Shown: positions 52,770 to 64,000 of the stretch, one piece after another | Position numbering within the stretch: the stretch's first letter is position 1 | Layout: each line of letters starts with the position of its first letter | Origin: Eledone cirrhosa | Taxonomy: Eukaryota | Assembly (NCBI GenBank): GCA_964016885.1 | Contig: OZ024753.1 | Location: 45,074,001-45,138,000, forward strand | Direction: 5' to 3' | Length of the DNA stretch: 64,000 bases | Notes under the pieces: generated by a model | Database searches by the model: none | Seen by the model: only the letters and a program-made list of their open reading frames with translations | What the model was told of the DNA's origin: nothing | Translations under genes and position numbers: made by a program

Positions 52770-53046
52770 GTGACAGTCCCTTGTCCACCAAACCCTGCCA
52801 AAGTGAAACGTCTGGCAATGATGAGAGCTCAACGAGAAGAAAGAGCAAAAAACCCTAAAAGGGCCATGTTGGAAGATGTTGAACAGAGAAGGACTGTGAA
52901 GCCAAAGGAGATGAAATGTCGGCCAAAGACAGGGAATAGATCTGGACATGGAAGATTAACAGTAGAGGAAGACTGTCTACGACAAATAGAGGAGAAGAAG
53001 AGATCAAATCAGCGCTGGTATTTAGGGATTTACGCAAGCAACGATG
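52770..53046 (+). CDS. DTHD1: DTHD1-like exon 6 (VTVPCPPNPAK...WYLGIYASND)
   Basis: cccAG acceptor. The phase-1 donor G|GTTTCT (weak) is needed to join the exon at 53971. Confidence 0.8.
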
Positions 53047-53599
53047 GTTTCTATCTACCTCTCTATCTATTTGCATGTCTATCTCTTTATCTACCTCTAT
53101 GTCTATCTATTTATATATCTATCTCTCAACCTATCTATTTATTTGTATGTCTATCTCTCTATCTACCTACCTCAATATATATCTATTTATTTGTATGCCT
53201 ATCTCTCTATCTCTCTACCTCAATATCTATCCATCCATCTATCAGTATATTTGCATGTCTCCCCCTCTCTATATATGTATGTATTTATATATGTATGTGT
53301 GTATGTATATATGTATGTTCGTATGTATGTATGTATGTATGTATGTATGTATATATGTATGTTCGTGTCTATATCTGTATGTGTGTATGTATATATGTAT
53401 GTATGTATGTATGTATACATATGTAGAAATATATGTAAGTATGATGTGGACTCAGCTTGAGTATTGACAGCATCTGTAACAACCCATCCAACCCTTACTA
53501 GTATGAAAAATAGATGTATGACGATGATGATGATTAATTCTTCCATCCCGAACTAAACAGTGAAAAAAACAGACAATTCTCCTCATCCTGTTTTCCCCC

Positions 53600-53950
53600 A
53601 AGTACATACCTGCGTCCCCCAGAAGCTGACAACATAACTGTGTCCCAGAAGCTAACTGACAACGTACCTATGTCCCCCAGAAGCTTACAACAAACCTGTG
53701 TCCCCACAGAAGCTGACAACATACCTGTCCCCCTCAGAAGCTAAATAACATACCTGTGTCCCCTCAGAAGCTAACTGACAACATACCTGTCCCCCCCAGA
53801 AGCTAAATAACAACATACCTGTCCCCCTCAGAAGCTAAATAACAACATACCTGTATCCCCTCAGAAGCTAAATAACAACATACCTGTATCCCCTCAGAAG
53901 CTAAATAACAACATACCTGTATCCCCTCAGAAGCTAAATAACAACATACC
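53600..53950 (+). repeat. About 32-bp intronic minisatellite (cagaagctaaataacaacatacctgtatcccct)
   Basis: About 11 units just upstream of the exon 7 acceptor. Confidence 0.92.
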
Positions 53951-53970
53951 TCTGTTTGTGTCTTTTACAG

Positions 53971-54100
53971 ATGATGAAAGTGATCAACTCTACTTTGTGG
54001 CCTGCAGTGGCAGTAAGATATGGACAGTTGTTAAAGATGTTACAGTGACTCAGATCAAACTGGATCTACTCCAACTAGAATTGGTGACACCTTACAGCAA
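53971..54100 (+). CDS. DTHD1: DTHD1-like exon 7 (DESDQLYFV...W..VKDV...TPYS)
   Basis: ttttacAG / GTAATG, 130 nt, phase 1 to 2, open frame. Confidence 0.85.
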
Positions 54101-54321
54101 GTAATGTACCACCAAGACGAACACTTTCTCTCTCTCTGTCTATATATATATATATATATATGTATCTATGTATATGTATGTATGTATACACAGATTTGGT
54201 GGGATTTAGTAATACTTTCTTTTTATGCAACAGAAATAACAATTCAGTAATGTTGTGTTTGATTTAATAAAGATATTTTTTAACTCCTCAGTGAATTCCT
54301 TGTTTTTCCCCCTCTCTTTAG

Positions 54322-54435
54322 ATTCCTGGTTCTCCGTACAAGAGTAACGGTAGATGAGGAACATGTAGTTATGATGGCCACAGAAATAGAGAAATATCTT
54401 AGCAAACGACTGGTTCAGGTGATTGTTAAACAGAG
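54322..54435 (+). CDS. DTHD1: DTHD1-like exon 8 (FLVLRTRVTVDEEHVVMMATEIEKYLSKRLVQVIVKQ)
   Basis: ctctttAG / GTGAGT, 114 nt, phase 2 to 2. Confidence 0.88.
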
Positions 54436-54757
54436 GTGAGTAAATTATATACATGTGGTAGAGAGTGTATATAAATTATATACATGTGGTAAAGAGTGTA
54501 TATAAATTATAGACATATGGTAGAGAGTGTGTATAAATTATAAACATGTGATAAATATTATATATATATATATATGTGTGTTGTGAAGGTGCGTGGCTTA
54601 GTGATTAGAGAATTGGATTTGCAACTGTAAAATTGTAAGTTCGATTCCCAGACCAGGCGATGTGTTGTGTCCTTGATCAAGAAACTTTATTTTATGTTGT
54701 TCCTTCTGTCAGGATTTACAATGAAACTGCGTTAATATACACACTTTCTATTTCTAG

Positions 54758-55187
54758 TATGTGGGACCCCCTACAAGTAACTCTTCACATGGTCCCAGTA
54801 AGTAAAACCCTGTTCACGGTCAATAAACTAAAGGAATTAGATTACATGAATGGTTCAGAAAGTTCTCCAGTTATTAGTGTTAATGAAGGGCAACTGATGA
54901 AGATCAGCTTCCGTGGAAATCTAAAGAACACAACACCGGAGAGTAACCATTTCATATACAATTCCAACCTGCAGTCTTCGATTGACTTCACAATTCTTGA
55001 AGTGGACAAATATCTTCAGAAGAACTTCCCAGTTTTCCGAGGATTCATCAGACTTTTCAGGAGTAACTTGCTACTTTCAGGTGTGAAAAAGAAAGTAAAA
55101 CCAGAAGATGAAAACCAGGAATTGTCTGAGATAGAACCAGAAGCTAGCCTAGAATTACTTACTGAGATTCTGCTCACCATTCCCAAA
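54758..55187 (+). CDS. DTHD1: DTHD1-like exon 9, UPA-like domain (MWDPLQV...EGQLMKISFRGNL...EILLTIPK)
   Basis: tttctAG / GTAAGC, 430 nt. EGQ..x.F.GN and the terminal L.IPK are UPA-type motifs. Confidence 0.9.
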
Positions 55188-56068
55188 GTAAGCAAAATAT
55201 TAAACAGACATTCCGCAGTGTGTGTGTGTGTACATGTGTATGCAGCATGTTTATAAACATATATATGGATTTTCACACAAACAACCACAAGAATACACAC
55301 TTACATTTACATGCACGCACACATACAAACAAGACATTAGAGTCATTTCCCTTTATATAAGGGACATTACTCTAAAACATGCCATGATGTTATCTGGGCT
55401 AAATTATAATAATAATAATAATGAAATTATTGTGTACAGTGCTCAGAAGGGAATAAGACATAGTTATAACTGGAATAACAATTGATATATTTATACAGCA
55501 TCTATTGGCGTATAAGTCGCCCCTCCATTTTACATACAATATTTATAATGTACTGGTGGTAAGTGACGGGGCGTTGAACTCACAATCGTAAGCTTATTTG
55601 TTCGAATCTCGGACTGAGTGGTGCATTGTGTTCTTGAGCAAGACACTTTATTTCACATTGTTCCAGTTCACTCAACTATAGAAATGAATTGTGCTGTCAC
55701 GGGTGCCAAGCTGTACGCCCCTTTGCCTTGGACAACATCATATATAGTATATGTATGTGTGTATATATATATATATCCTCACTTTTCGTTGCTTCACCAT
55801 CTTTGTTTGTTTACACTCGTGTCCCAACGACTTTTTTTAGCCGTTGCTCGCATCAACCGGAGGTATATGGTCTTTAAAGCGATGAAATACCAATGATGGT
55901 TGGAAGATCACTGATGAAGGACCAACTTTATTTATATATATATATATATATACTAGTCCCCCCACCCTACACTCTCAAACGTGAACCTAATACTAACATT
56001 TTGTATTGCACTCTTCGCTTTGTTTTAACTATTATATACGTATGTGTATATATATATATATATATACG

Positions 56069-56104
<36 letters not shown>

Positions 56105-56258
56105 TATATATATACACATATATATATATACACATTTTGTGCCAAAAGTAAAAACAATATATATTTTATTGATGGCAGACGATCTCTCTCTCTCTCTCTC
56201 TCTCTAGTGTGTTATATATTGTTTCTACTCTTGGCACAAGGCCAGCAATTACCTAGTA

Positions 56259-56633
56259 CACTATGTCTTTAAATAATAAATACATTTTCTACTTACCAAT
56301 GTTTTCATTTACTGATAAAAACTATCTTTTAAAGACACAGGCCGGGGTAATGTAAACATGTTAGTCTTTTCTTTCATAGGCGACATATTTTCAGTTTACG
56401 AAGAAACATTTTGTTTTTTAAAGAAAACATGGTAGGTAAAGTCCACAACAATAAACGACCGGTGTAATACAAACAATGGAAGAGTAAACCGGTGTCATAT
56501 GAAAATATGTCGCCTATGAAAGAAAAGACTAACATGTTTACATTACCCCGGCCTGTCTTTAAAAGATGGATTTTATCAGTAAAATGAAAACATTGGTAAG
56601 TAGAAAATGTATTTATTATTTAAAGACATAGTG
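56259..56633. mobile_element. MITE with TIRs of about 135 bp and CACTA...TAGTG termini
   Basis: 56259-56393 is the reverse complement of 56500-56633 with few differences. Confidence 0.8.
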
Positions 56634-56634
56634 T

Positions 56635-56918
56635 TACGTCCCTTCTGAGTTCAAATCCCGCCGAGGTCAGCTTTGCCTTTCATCCTTACATGGTAGATAA
56701 AATAAAGTACCAGTAACGCACTGGGTTGATTTAGTCGACTTCGCTCTCCCAAAATTGTTAACCTTGTGCTAAAACAGAAACCATTATTTCAATATAAACT
56801 GCCGAGGTTAACTTTGCTTTTCATCCTTATGGGGTCGATAAAATAAAGTACCAGTAATACACTGGGATAATAGCTGGCCTTGTACCAAAAGTAGAAACAA
56901 TTATTTCAATATAAACTA
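56635..56918 (+). mobile_element. Two truncated Meta-domain-like SINEs; the second has TSD attatttcaatataaact
   Basis: Core plus tail twice; direct repeat at about 56783-56800 and 56900-56917. Confidence 0.85.
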
Positions 56919-57078
56919 TATAACTTTACCTTATCGTCTTTATTATAACTAAAGATAGTAGCAGTGAAATGGAGGATATAAAATGGAGTTTGGTGTCAGG
57001 ATACATGTTGTCAGTGATGATGATATATATTTTTTTTCTTTCTATAATTTCTTTATTTTTCTTATATCCTTTCTTCAG

Positions 57079-57342
57079 ACTCACATCCAACCAAATCCTG
57101 TGCCAATTCGTGCCCAGGTTGTGATACACAACAGAGATGACCCTATTAATGAAGTCCTAATGCAAGAGTTAGCTATTGAATTAGGGGATGAATGGCGTAG
57201 ACTAAGCCAATATTTAGACATCAGTCAAATAAGACTACAAGCTATATGGAGATATGCTAAGGCCTGTGATTATAACGAGGAACAGGCCAGGTATGAAATG
57301 TTGATAACATGGTTGAAAACACTCCCAAAGTCTGTTGATAAG
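57079..57342 (+). CDS. DTHD1: DTHD1-like exon 10, death domain (LAIELGDEWRRLSQYLDISQIRLQAI...EQARYEMLITW)
   Basis: ttcttcAG / GTAACT, 264 nt. Classic death-domain LG.EW..LA..L and ML..W. Confidence 0.93.
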
Positions 57343-57479
57343 GTAACTGGCTTTTTATAAGGTTTTGTGTTAAGATAAAATGTTTGAAGGTCCATGGTCT
57401 AGATTATTGGGCTATTGAGCATAGGGTGGTGTGGTGTTGGGCTGTTGACCATAGTGTGGTGTGGCGTATGGTATTTAGT

Positions 57480-57705
57480 TTATGGCCATAGTGTGGTGCC
57501 ATAAGGCAGATGAGGTTCATTCCTGACTGGCTGCCCATGAGAATTCTTATGTCCATAGCAGCAGTATCTCCTCTCTACCTCACTACATCTGATTTCACTT
57601 ATACCCAGCTTTTCTCTCAGCACATGAAGGCTGTGTCTTTCATGTACATTAACATTGCACATCTATTGAAGCATGTTGGTTTCATTTCTCTCCAGCCTTC
57701 ACACA
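57480..57705 (-). mobile_element. Old RTE C-terminal fragment (similar piece at about 58520-58710)
   Basis: MCNVNVHERHSLHVLREKLGISEIRCSEVERRYCCYGH resembles the C-terminus of the intact RTE. Confidence 0.7.
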
Positions 57706-57920
57706 TCTCCTACATTCACAGCCCATGTCTCACTACCATGTATCATCACACATCCCCTATATTCACAGCCCATGTCTCACTACCATGTATCATCACACAT
57801 CCCCTACATTCACAGCCCATGTCTCACTACCATGTAACATCACACATCCCCTACATTCACAGCCCATGCCTCACTACCATGTATCATCACACATCCCCTA
57901 CATTCACAGCCATGTCTCAC
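57700..57920 (+). repeat. About 47-bp minisatellite, 4-5 units
   Basis: cacacatcccctacattcacagcccatgtctcactaccatgtatcat. Confidence 0.92.
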
Positions 57921-58223
57921 TCCTGTGTCATGTTACACATTGGACATAGATGTCATACAGCTAACCTTTCATTTGTAGAGAGAAAACTCTTGTTGTTAAC
58001 AGAGGTAGTAGCTCTCTAAACTTTGCCATTCTGTTCTTATTCTATCTACTACACACACACACTCATATCTGTACAGATATATACACACACACATCTATAT
58101 ATATATATATATATACACACAAACATAAACACACTAGTCTCATGATGTTTTAAAAGAATACGATTACATTTTTGTATTTTTAAATTGTTTTTCTATACTT
58201 TGTAATACCCCCTAAAAAAACAG

Positions 58224-58361
58224 GTTTCAGTCCTATGTGGTGCTTTAAACAGATGTGGTAGACCTGACCTAACAACAGAACTTCAAATGAAAAACCTACA
58301 CTTTCAACAACAGAAAGATCACAAGAAAGAAGACATAAACAACAGAGACACAGAATTCTGA
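58224..58361 (+). CDS. DTHD1: DTHD1-like terminal exon (VSVLCGALNRCGRPDLTTELQ...TEF*)
   Basis: Completes death-domain helices 5-6 (AL...GR.DL). Stop TGA 58359-58361. The 11 exons total 2133 nt = 710 aa plus stop. Confidence 0.88.
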   Translation, partial: VSVLCGALNRCGRPDLTTELQMKNLHFQQQKDHKKEDINNRDTEF

Positions 58362-58397
58362 TTCTATTTACTAACAGAATGTTGAAATGTGAAGAGG

Positions 58398-58403
58398 AAT
58401 AAA
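58398..58403 (+). terminator. Candidate polyadenylation signal of DTHD1-like gene
   Basis: AATAAA 36 nt after the stop, followed by GT/T-rich sequence. Confidence 0.5.
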
Positions 58404-59564
58404 ATCTAGAATATATCTCATTGTTGTCTTGGTTTCTTTATTATTGGTGCAAGACACTAGACTGTGTTACTGGTGTAAGATTTATTGTGGTTCCTTGTTA
58501 TCTCCTTTGTGAAGTGTAATTGTGCAATGTCAGCTTTTATCACTTTACCCCACACTTTCCTAGGTCTTACTCTTCCCTAGCTTCCTTCAACTTTGAGTGT
58601 CCTGCACCTTTTTATACAGATGTCATCCTCCATACCACTGCAATCTCCTCTTCTGCATACTGCATCTGATCCCTCTTATGTCTAGTTTCTCTCTTAGTTC
58701 ATTGACATTGTTCAGCTATAAACCAAGTGACAGGCATGACACCAACTTCTGGTTCTGATCCAGTTCCATCTGGTTCTGCCAACAATCCATTAGAGACATC
58801 TTATATTGTTTCTACCCCATACATAATGTTCAGAGACCATGTCTGCCACTGGTAGTCTAAACACCATACCTATTCCTGGCAGTCCAGAGATAGTGTCTGT
58901 ATCGGGTCCATTAGCAGCATCTTATATTTCTTTTGCCCCATACATTGTTCAGACACCATGCCTGTCCCTGGAAGTCCAGAGATCAAACCTGTCCCTGGTA
59001 GTCCAGAGCCCGTATCTGTCCCTGGTAGTTCAGGATGGGCAAGAAGACTGAATTGATCAGTTTAGTTTAAAGTGATTTACTTATAAGATACAAAAACATT
59101 CTTTAAACCTATCCCGCCTGTTGCTGCGTAACACATTCTTACAATTTAATTAGCTGTGTAACACATTCTTACAATTTAATTAGCTGTGTACAAAACAAGA
59201 TTTGTGCATTAACAAATTTTAATGATAATTTACAAAAAAAAAAGACAATACAAAGTCCAAATTTTAATTTTTTCAATTTTTTTTCACTTTAGTTGGTGTT
59301 TTTTTTTTGGGCTTTCATTCTTTCATTTTTCTTTTTTGAATTTTTTCTTTTTTTTTTAATATATTACCTTATAACAGAAGACAGGTCAACAGAAACAAAT
59401 AAAATGAGGCTATACAATCCAAAATAAGAACAAATACATATTGGATTATGTCTGATATGTCTTTCAGGGGGAAGAGGGAGAGGCCTTTTTTTAAATATTT
59501 TTTTTTTAAATTTATTTTTGAAACAAAAAAAAAAACCCAACAAAATAAAACCATGTACTTTAGG

Positions 59565-60419
59565 CTAACTTATATATTGTGAATTCTCGACAAGAGTTGT
59601 TCCAGTTGAGTTTAACAAGAATCTTAATTTATAAAAGTCCTCTATTGAAAAGCTTCCACTCGGATCAAGAGAGCAGCGGGCAAACCTGTTGACCATCATT
59701 GCTCTCTCCTTGTCCAGCCAAAAGTCATAAGCTTGTTCCTGACTTGTGAAAGTGCTCCCTGCAAGCTCACTGGGGTATGGTCCCCAAATAACAAGCTCCA
59801 ACATGCCTCGGAGTATTGCCAGGCAGTCTGGTTTGTCTGATTGGAGTAACTCAAGTCCTCGATACAAACCTTTAGAACATTCCAGAAGCTTCTCATCATC
59901 AAAGAGATACTTGTCAAACAGGTTATTTAAGAGTTTGGCACAGAAGTCATTCATGTCCGATGGTAGTTTGTTATCAGCTTTGAAAGAAGGGAGCAAACAC
60001 ACACGTTTCCCACTGAAGTTCTTTTGCGACAGAAGGAATATTCTAACTGGTCGGAAGTGAAGCTGTGGAGATCCGCGATCAAGGTGATGCAGGATCCCAC
60101 TGACAACTTGCAGGAAAAGGAAAGACAATATCTGGACAAAGCTATCCGGGTTGTGCAGCATGGTGTCTTTAAGGTCGGTGATGTAGTCATGCCAGGCGAC
60201 CATTGATGAGTACTGACCAACAGCTAAGTGCCAATGAGGACTAGGGATGGCTGCTGTCGATGAAGATGAAGATCCTATCGGGAAGACTGAACATTGGTCG
60301 CTGTTGTCAGTCATTGATGGAAGGAATGATGCAGGAATGTCATTGGCAGAGAGGTTCTGAAGTCTCATGAAAGCAGGGTGTGGTACGTAGGAATCACAGA
60401 CATTATTACCATGGGTCAG
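59565..60419 (-). CDS. PEAK1: PEAK1/pragmin (NKF3)-like pseudokinase, terminal exon
   Basis: Acceptor tactttcAG, phase 0. FLFLQVVSGILHH is an alpha-E equivalent; LELVIWGP, WLDKERAMMVNRFA and IEDFYKLRFL match the C-terminal SHED helices of the PEAK family. Stop TAG. Confidence 0.88.
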   Translation of the reverse strand: MTHGNNVCDSYVPHPAFMRLQNLSANDIPASFLPSMTDNSDQCSVFPIGSSSSSTAAIPSPHWHLAVGQYSSMVAWHDYITDLKDTMLHNPDSFVQILSFLFLQVVSGILHHLDRGSPQLHFRPVRIFLLSQKNFSGKRVCLLPSFKADNKLPSDMNDFCAKLLNNLFDKYLFDDEKLLECSKGLYRGLELLQSDKPDCLAILRGMLELVIWGPYPSELAGSTFTSQEQAYDFWLDKERAMMVNRFARCSLDPSGSFSIEDFYKLRFLLNSTGTTLVENSQYIS

Positions 60420-60560
60420 CTGAAAGTAGAAAGAGTTTAAATAAATCAAAATAAATCACACAGACAACCTAGACTACATCTAACCCCTTGACAAGTTTAG
60501 TGTCCCCCTCTCACATATCACAGACAACCTAGGCTACATCTAACCCCTGGGCAAGTCAGT

Positions 60561-60789
60561 TTAACCGTTTAGCATTTAAACCGACCGTATCCGGCCAGAA
60601 TTATCTCACATTTTTCTGTTCAAACCAGCCATAACTGGCTGCTCGTACTGATGTTAAGGTATTGTTCTCAAAATAAATAATATAAAAATCTCGTAGATTC
60701 GATATTATGTGAGATAATTATATGAAATAAAGTGTTTACCATGAAAATACAATTGTAAATATAGAGTAATGTAAACGCTAAAGGGTTAA
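60561..60789. mobile_element. TTAA MITE in PEAK intron
   Basis: ttaaccgtttagcattta ... taaacgctaaagggttaa. Confidence 0.85.
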
Positions 60790-61299
60790 TGTCTCCGTCT
60801 CACAGAGATCCTAGACTACTGGTGGTGGTGATGATGAAGTTGAGTTGATTGATTGGTAGAATTGTTAGAGCATCAAATGAAGTGTTTACACACACTAACA
60901 CACACATAAATGTGTGTGTTAGTATACTTATAACTCGTATCATATCAACAGATATATAGAGAGTCCCCCCCCCTCCTCCTACTATACCACCACGCTCTCC
61001 TCTTTCAAGTCTTGGTCAGCCCTTCCCTTCAAATCCCCAACTCACACAGACTACATGTGGTAGAAAGGGTCTCTTTAGCCTTGCAGCGGACATGACAAAC
61101 TCTTTAGTGCTGGTGCCACGATAAAATGCACCCAGTACACTCTGTAAAGTGGTTGACGATTGAACATAGTCAATGTCAAGTAAAGAGGACTCGTCAATCT
61201 TATTGAAGATAAGACAATCTCTGTAGAACTGGTGCCATGATAAAATACATCTAATAAAATGAAAATGAAGATGATGATGATATATGTGTGTATACTTAC

Positions 61300-61823
61300 A
61301 ACAAGATGGCATGATGCTTTGTCTTGTAACAATTTAGCAGAGTATACAATACAATCTTCTGATGTATGTACAGGTTGTTTGCTGATTAGTTCAAAGTCAG
61401 ACCATTTCAAGAAACCTAAGGTTCGGTCTAAACTTCGAGAGAAGATACTTTCAAAATAGTTATGTATGTGTTGTAGTGTGTCTTGGTTCATATTTGTCAG
61501 TTTACTGTACATTTCTTTCACATCATCAGCTCCGAGACTTATTGTAACAGTAGCAGGACGATTCATCGCTACATACTGTTCTGGTGGAGCCCCATGTGGT
61601 CGCTTAGGTTTACGTCTCGGAGCTGGTTTAGGTCGAGTTAAAGTACCCATTGTTGGTTGAGGAAGAGGTGCCAATGGAGGCTGAGGTGGTGTCTGTATTG
61701 AATGTTCTAGAAGGTTCTCTGATGAGTGTGATTGTATTGGTGTCTTTGCCTCCCCAACTGTTGAGCGGGGTATTCTGTTGTCCTTGGGTAAAGGAGGAGG
61801 TACACCTTCGTCATCAGCATTGT
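61300..61823 (-). CDS. PEAK1: PEAK-like penultimate exon (PPPLPK motif, YVAM, SHED helix, WSDFELISKQP)
   Basis: ttttccAG / GTAAGT, phase 1 to 0, open throughout. PPPLPK and W(S)DF.L...P are PEAK-family hallmarks. Confidence 0.88.
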
Positions 61824-61867
61824 CTGGAAAATATAAAGTAAAGAAAGAAACATTATCTTCTAATTGA

Positions 61868-61930
61868 AAATAAAGTACCAGTAATGCACTGGGTAATTGC
61901 TGGCCTTGTGCCTAAAGTAGAAACAATTAT
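61868..61930 (+). mobile_element. Short SINE tail with TSD attatcttctaattgaaaa
   Basis: Direct repeat at about 61852-61870 and 61927-61944. Confidence 0.8.
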
Positions 61931-62341
61931 CTTCTAATTGAAAAGGAATACTGTGTAAAGGGGTTGTCTGGTAGGGTGTCTAGATGTAGAAACCATGTTA
62001 AAAAGGGGTTGAGAGGCCCCTTCAGTCATGTCAAGGACATGACAACCTTCTTAGTGCTAGTGCCACATTAATATATACCCAGTACACTCTGTAAAGGGGT
62101 TGGGAATGGCAAGGGATTCCAGCTACAGAAAACCTACCAAACAACCTCCCTTCCCTTCAAATTACCTGCCTTGTTTATCTGACATTTGGAACACAACTTA
62201 ACAAAGATTCTTACATACAATTATACTGGGAGGTTGTTAGATAAATATAAACACTTTAAAATAAACAACGTAATATCATTGAAGCAAGGGGTTAAAAGGA
62301 GTTAAAAGGGGATAAAAGGGTTAAGAAAGTTTGAACATTAC

Positions 62342-62902
62342 TTTTGCTGTATCCATTGATTTCTTCATAAATAGGTTGTGATGCTAAAATAATCTGTCGC
62401 TCCTCTTCTTCTGGTATTTCAGGTTGTTGAGGTTCCTGGCTTTGATTAGGGGGTAACTCAGCTGATAATTGGGGAGAGGACTCAGTTGATGATTCCGTCA
62501 ACGATGTCCTCACTGGTTGTTCAATGTGCATACTTGGAAGTTTGGTGACAGCCTCATTATTAGGGGTCACTGTGCTAATAAAAGTTGCAGTTGTAGGTGG
62601 TGGGACTGCTCCTACTGCAACAACTGCAGCCGTAATTGTAGGAGCTGCAGTTGCGACAGTGGGGGGACGCATGCTGGTAATTGGTTCGAGATAACCTTCC
62701 GTTGGGAAGTTACTGCTTCCATTGGAGGAAGTTCGAGAAGCAGAGTTGGAACGAGATGGATCAACAGGATAATAGTAGTTATCACGTTGTCCTGGGTATT
62801 TTGGTGTGATTGGCTCATATAAGTTTTCTACTGATCCTAAAGGTGAGATATTGGGATCATCGAAGTTTTTGTCTCCACCTGATCCAGAAGAGGTTGAACC
62901 AC
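62342..62902 (-). CDS. PEAK1: PEAK-like exon encoding a disordered region with Tyr motifs (LYEPI, YLEPI, IYEEI); gene continues beyond the window
   Basis: tttttccAG / GTAATG, phase 1 to 1, joins the next exon in frame. Confidence 0.85.
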
Positions 62903-62914
62903 CTGGAAAAAAAA

Positions 62915-63592
62915 ACATAGTATGAAACATATTTCCTAGAATGGAATACAATGTTTTCCCCCTTATAAAAACATAGTATAGAATACATTTCCTAAAATAG
63001 AATACAATATTTGTCCACCTATACAGACATAGTATAGTGTATTTCCAACATAAAACACAGTGTTTCTTCCACCTATACAGACATAGTAGAGTATATTTCC
63101 TACAATGGAATACAATATTTTTCCACCTATATAGACATAGAGTATAGAATATATCTTCTAGCATAGAATATGGTGTGTTTTTATAAATACTGGTTTATAA
63201 ATTACAACTGTGGATATATAACATTTTATTTAAGTTTATAATATTTTTATATACTGTTATATATACATCACAACAGTAGATATATATAATTTAGTTATGG
63301 TTATAATATATTATATACTATTATATATACATTATAACAGTGGATATATAACCTAGTTGTGGTGTATAATATATTATATACTGTTATATATACATCACAA
63401 TAGTGGATATATAACCTAGTTATGGTGTATAATATATTATATACTACTATATATACATCACAACAGTGGATATATAACATTATATACTGTTATATATAAA
63501 TTACAACATTATATATACATCACAACAGTGGATATATAACCTAGTTATGGTGTATAATATATCATATACTGTTATATATACATCACAACAGT
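62915..63592 (+). repeat. Two adjacent degenerate intronic tandem arrays (units of about 55-60 bp)
   Basis: acatagtatagaata.atttcct... (62915-63170) and catcacaacagtggatatataacctagttatgg... (63185-63592). Confidence 0.85.
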
Positions 63593-63659
63593 CACTTATG
63601 ACTTTTCATGGCAGACGCTTTTTTATTAACAAAACCCTACAACTTATCTACGAGTATAT

Positions 63660-64000
63660 ATAATAATGGTTTCTTATATAGGCACAAGGCCAGCAATTTT
63701 GGGGGAGGGGAAACTCGATTAAATCGACCCCAGTACATTACTGGTACTTTATTTTATCGACCCCGTAAGGATGAAAGGCAAAGTTAACCTCGGCGGGATT
63801 TGAACTCAGACCTACAAATGTGGTTGGTGTTAGGAAGGGCATCTAGCCATAGAAAACCTGCCAAATAGTCCTATACGAACGAGACACGGGCACCCGACCA
63901 ACCTTACCTAAAGTGGGACAACTCCCGTCTAACCCTTGCTAGCGTGGAAGATGGACGTTAAAAGAAGATGATGATGATCATAAAGGGCGTAACTCTATGC
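63660..64000 (-). mobile_element. Meta-domain-like SINE (-) interrupted by a + strand RTE-related SINE tail (63812-63978)
   Basis: SINE sequence resumes (cataaagggcgtaactctatgc) after the (GAT)n tail. The same tail family occurs at 13424-13581 and 44228-44395. Confidence 0.85.

Noticed and set aside
62903-63164. N-terminal part of the 290-aa ORF as PEAK coding sequence
   Set aside because: Lies upstream of a clear acceptor (tttttccAG at 62903) and is a tandem repeat, so it is intronic.

Overview
Eukaryotic, AT-rich DNA saturated with microsatellites; the SINE/RTE/Penelope repertoire and gene style point to an octopus (coleoid cephalopod) genome (inference, no search run). Nearly all ORFs in the supplied track are microsatellite artefacts. 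Three real genes are present. (1) A FAM78-family gene on + (exons 20223-20336 and 30485-31064; first coding exon not found). Its 10-kb intron holds an antisense, 5'-truncated but stop-free RTE LINE (23683-26938) and a 200-N gap. (2) An 11-exon DTHD1-like ZU5/UPA/death-domain gene on + (49482-58361, about 710 aa). (3) The last three exons of a PEAK1/pragmin-like pseudokinase scaffold on - (62902 to 59565), convergent with DTHD1. The most striking non-genic signal is about a dozen short, ORF-less, Penelope-type elements from several unrelated families. They sit in (TA)n tracts, carry minimal hammerhead ribozymes and are usually built as head-to-head fold-backs whose turning point lies at or near the ribozyme. 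Also seen: TTAA-MITEs whose internal or terminal segments have amplified into satellites, and SINE/LINE tail chimeras.
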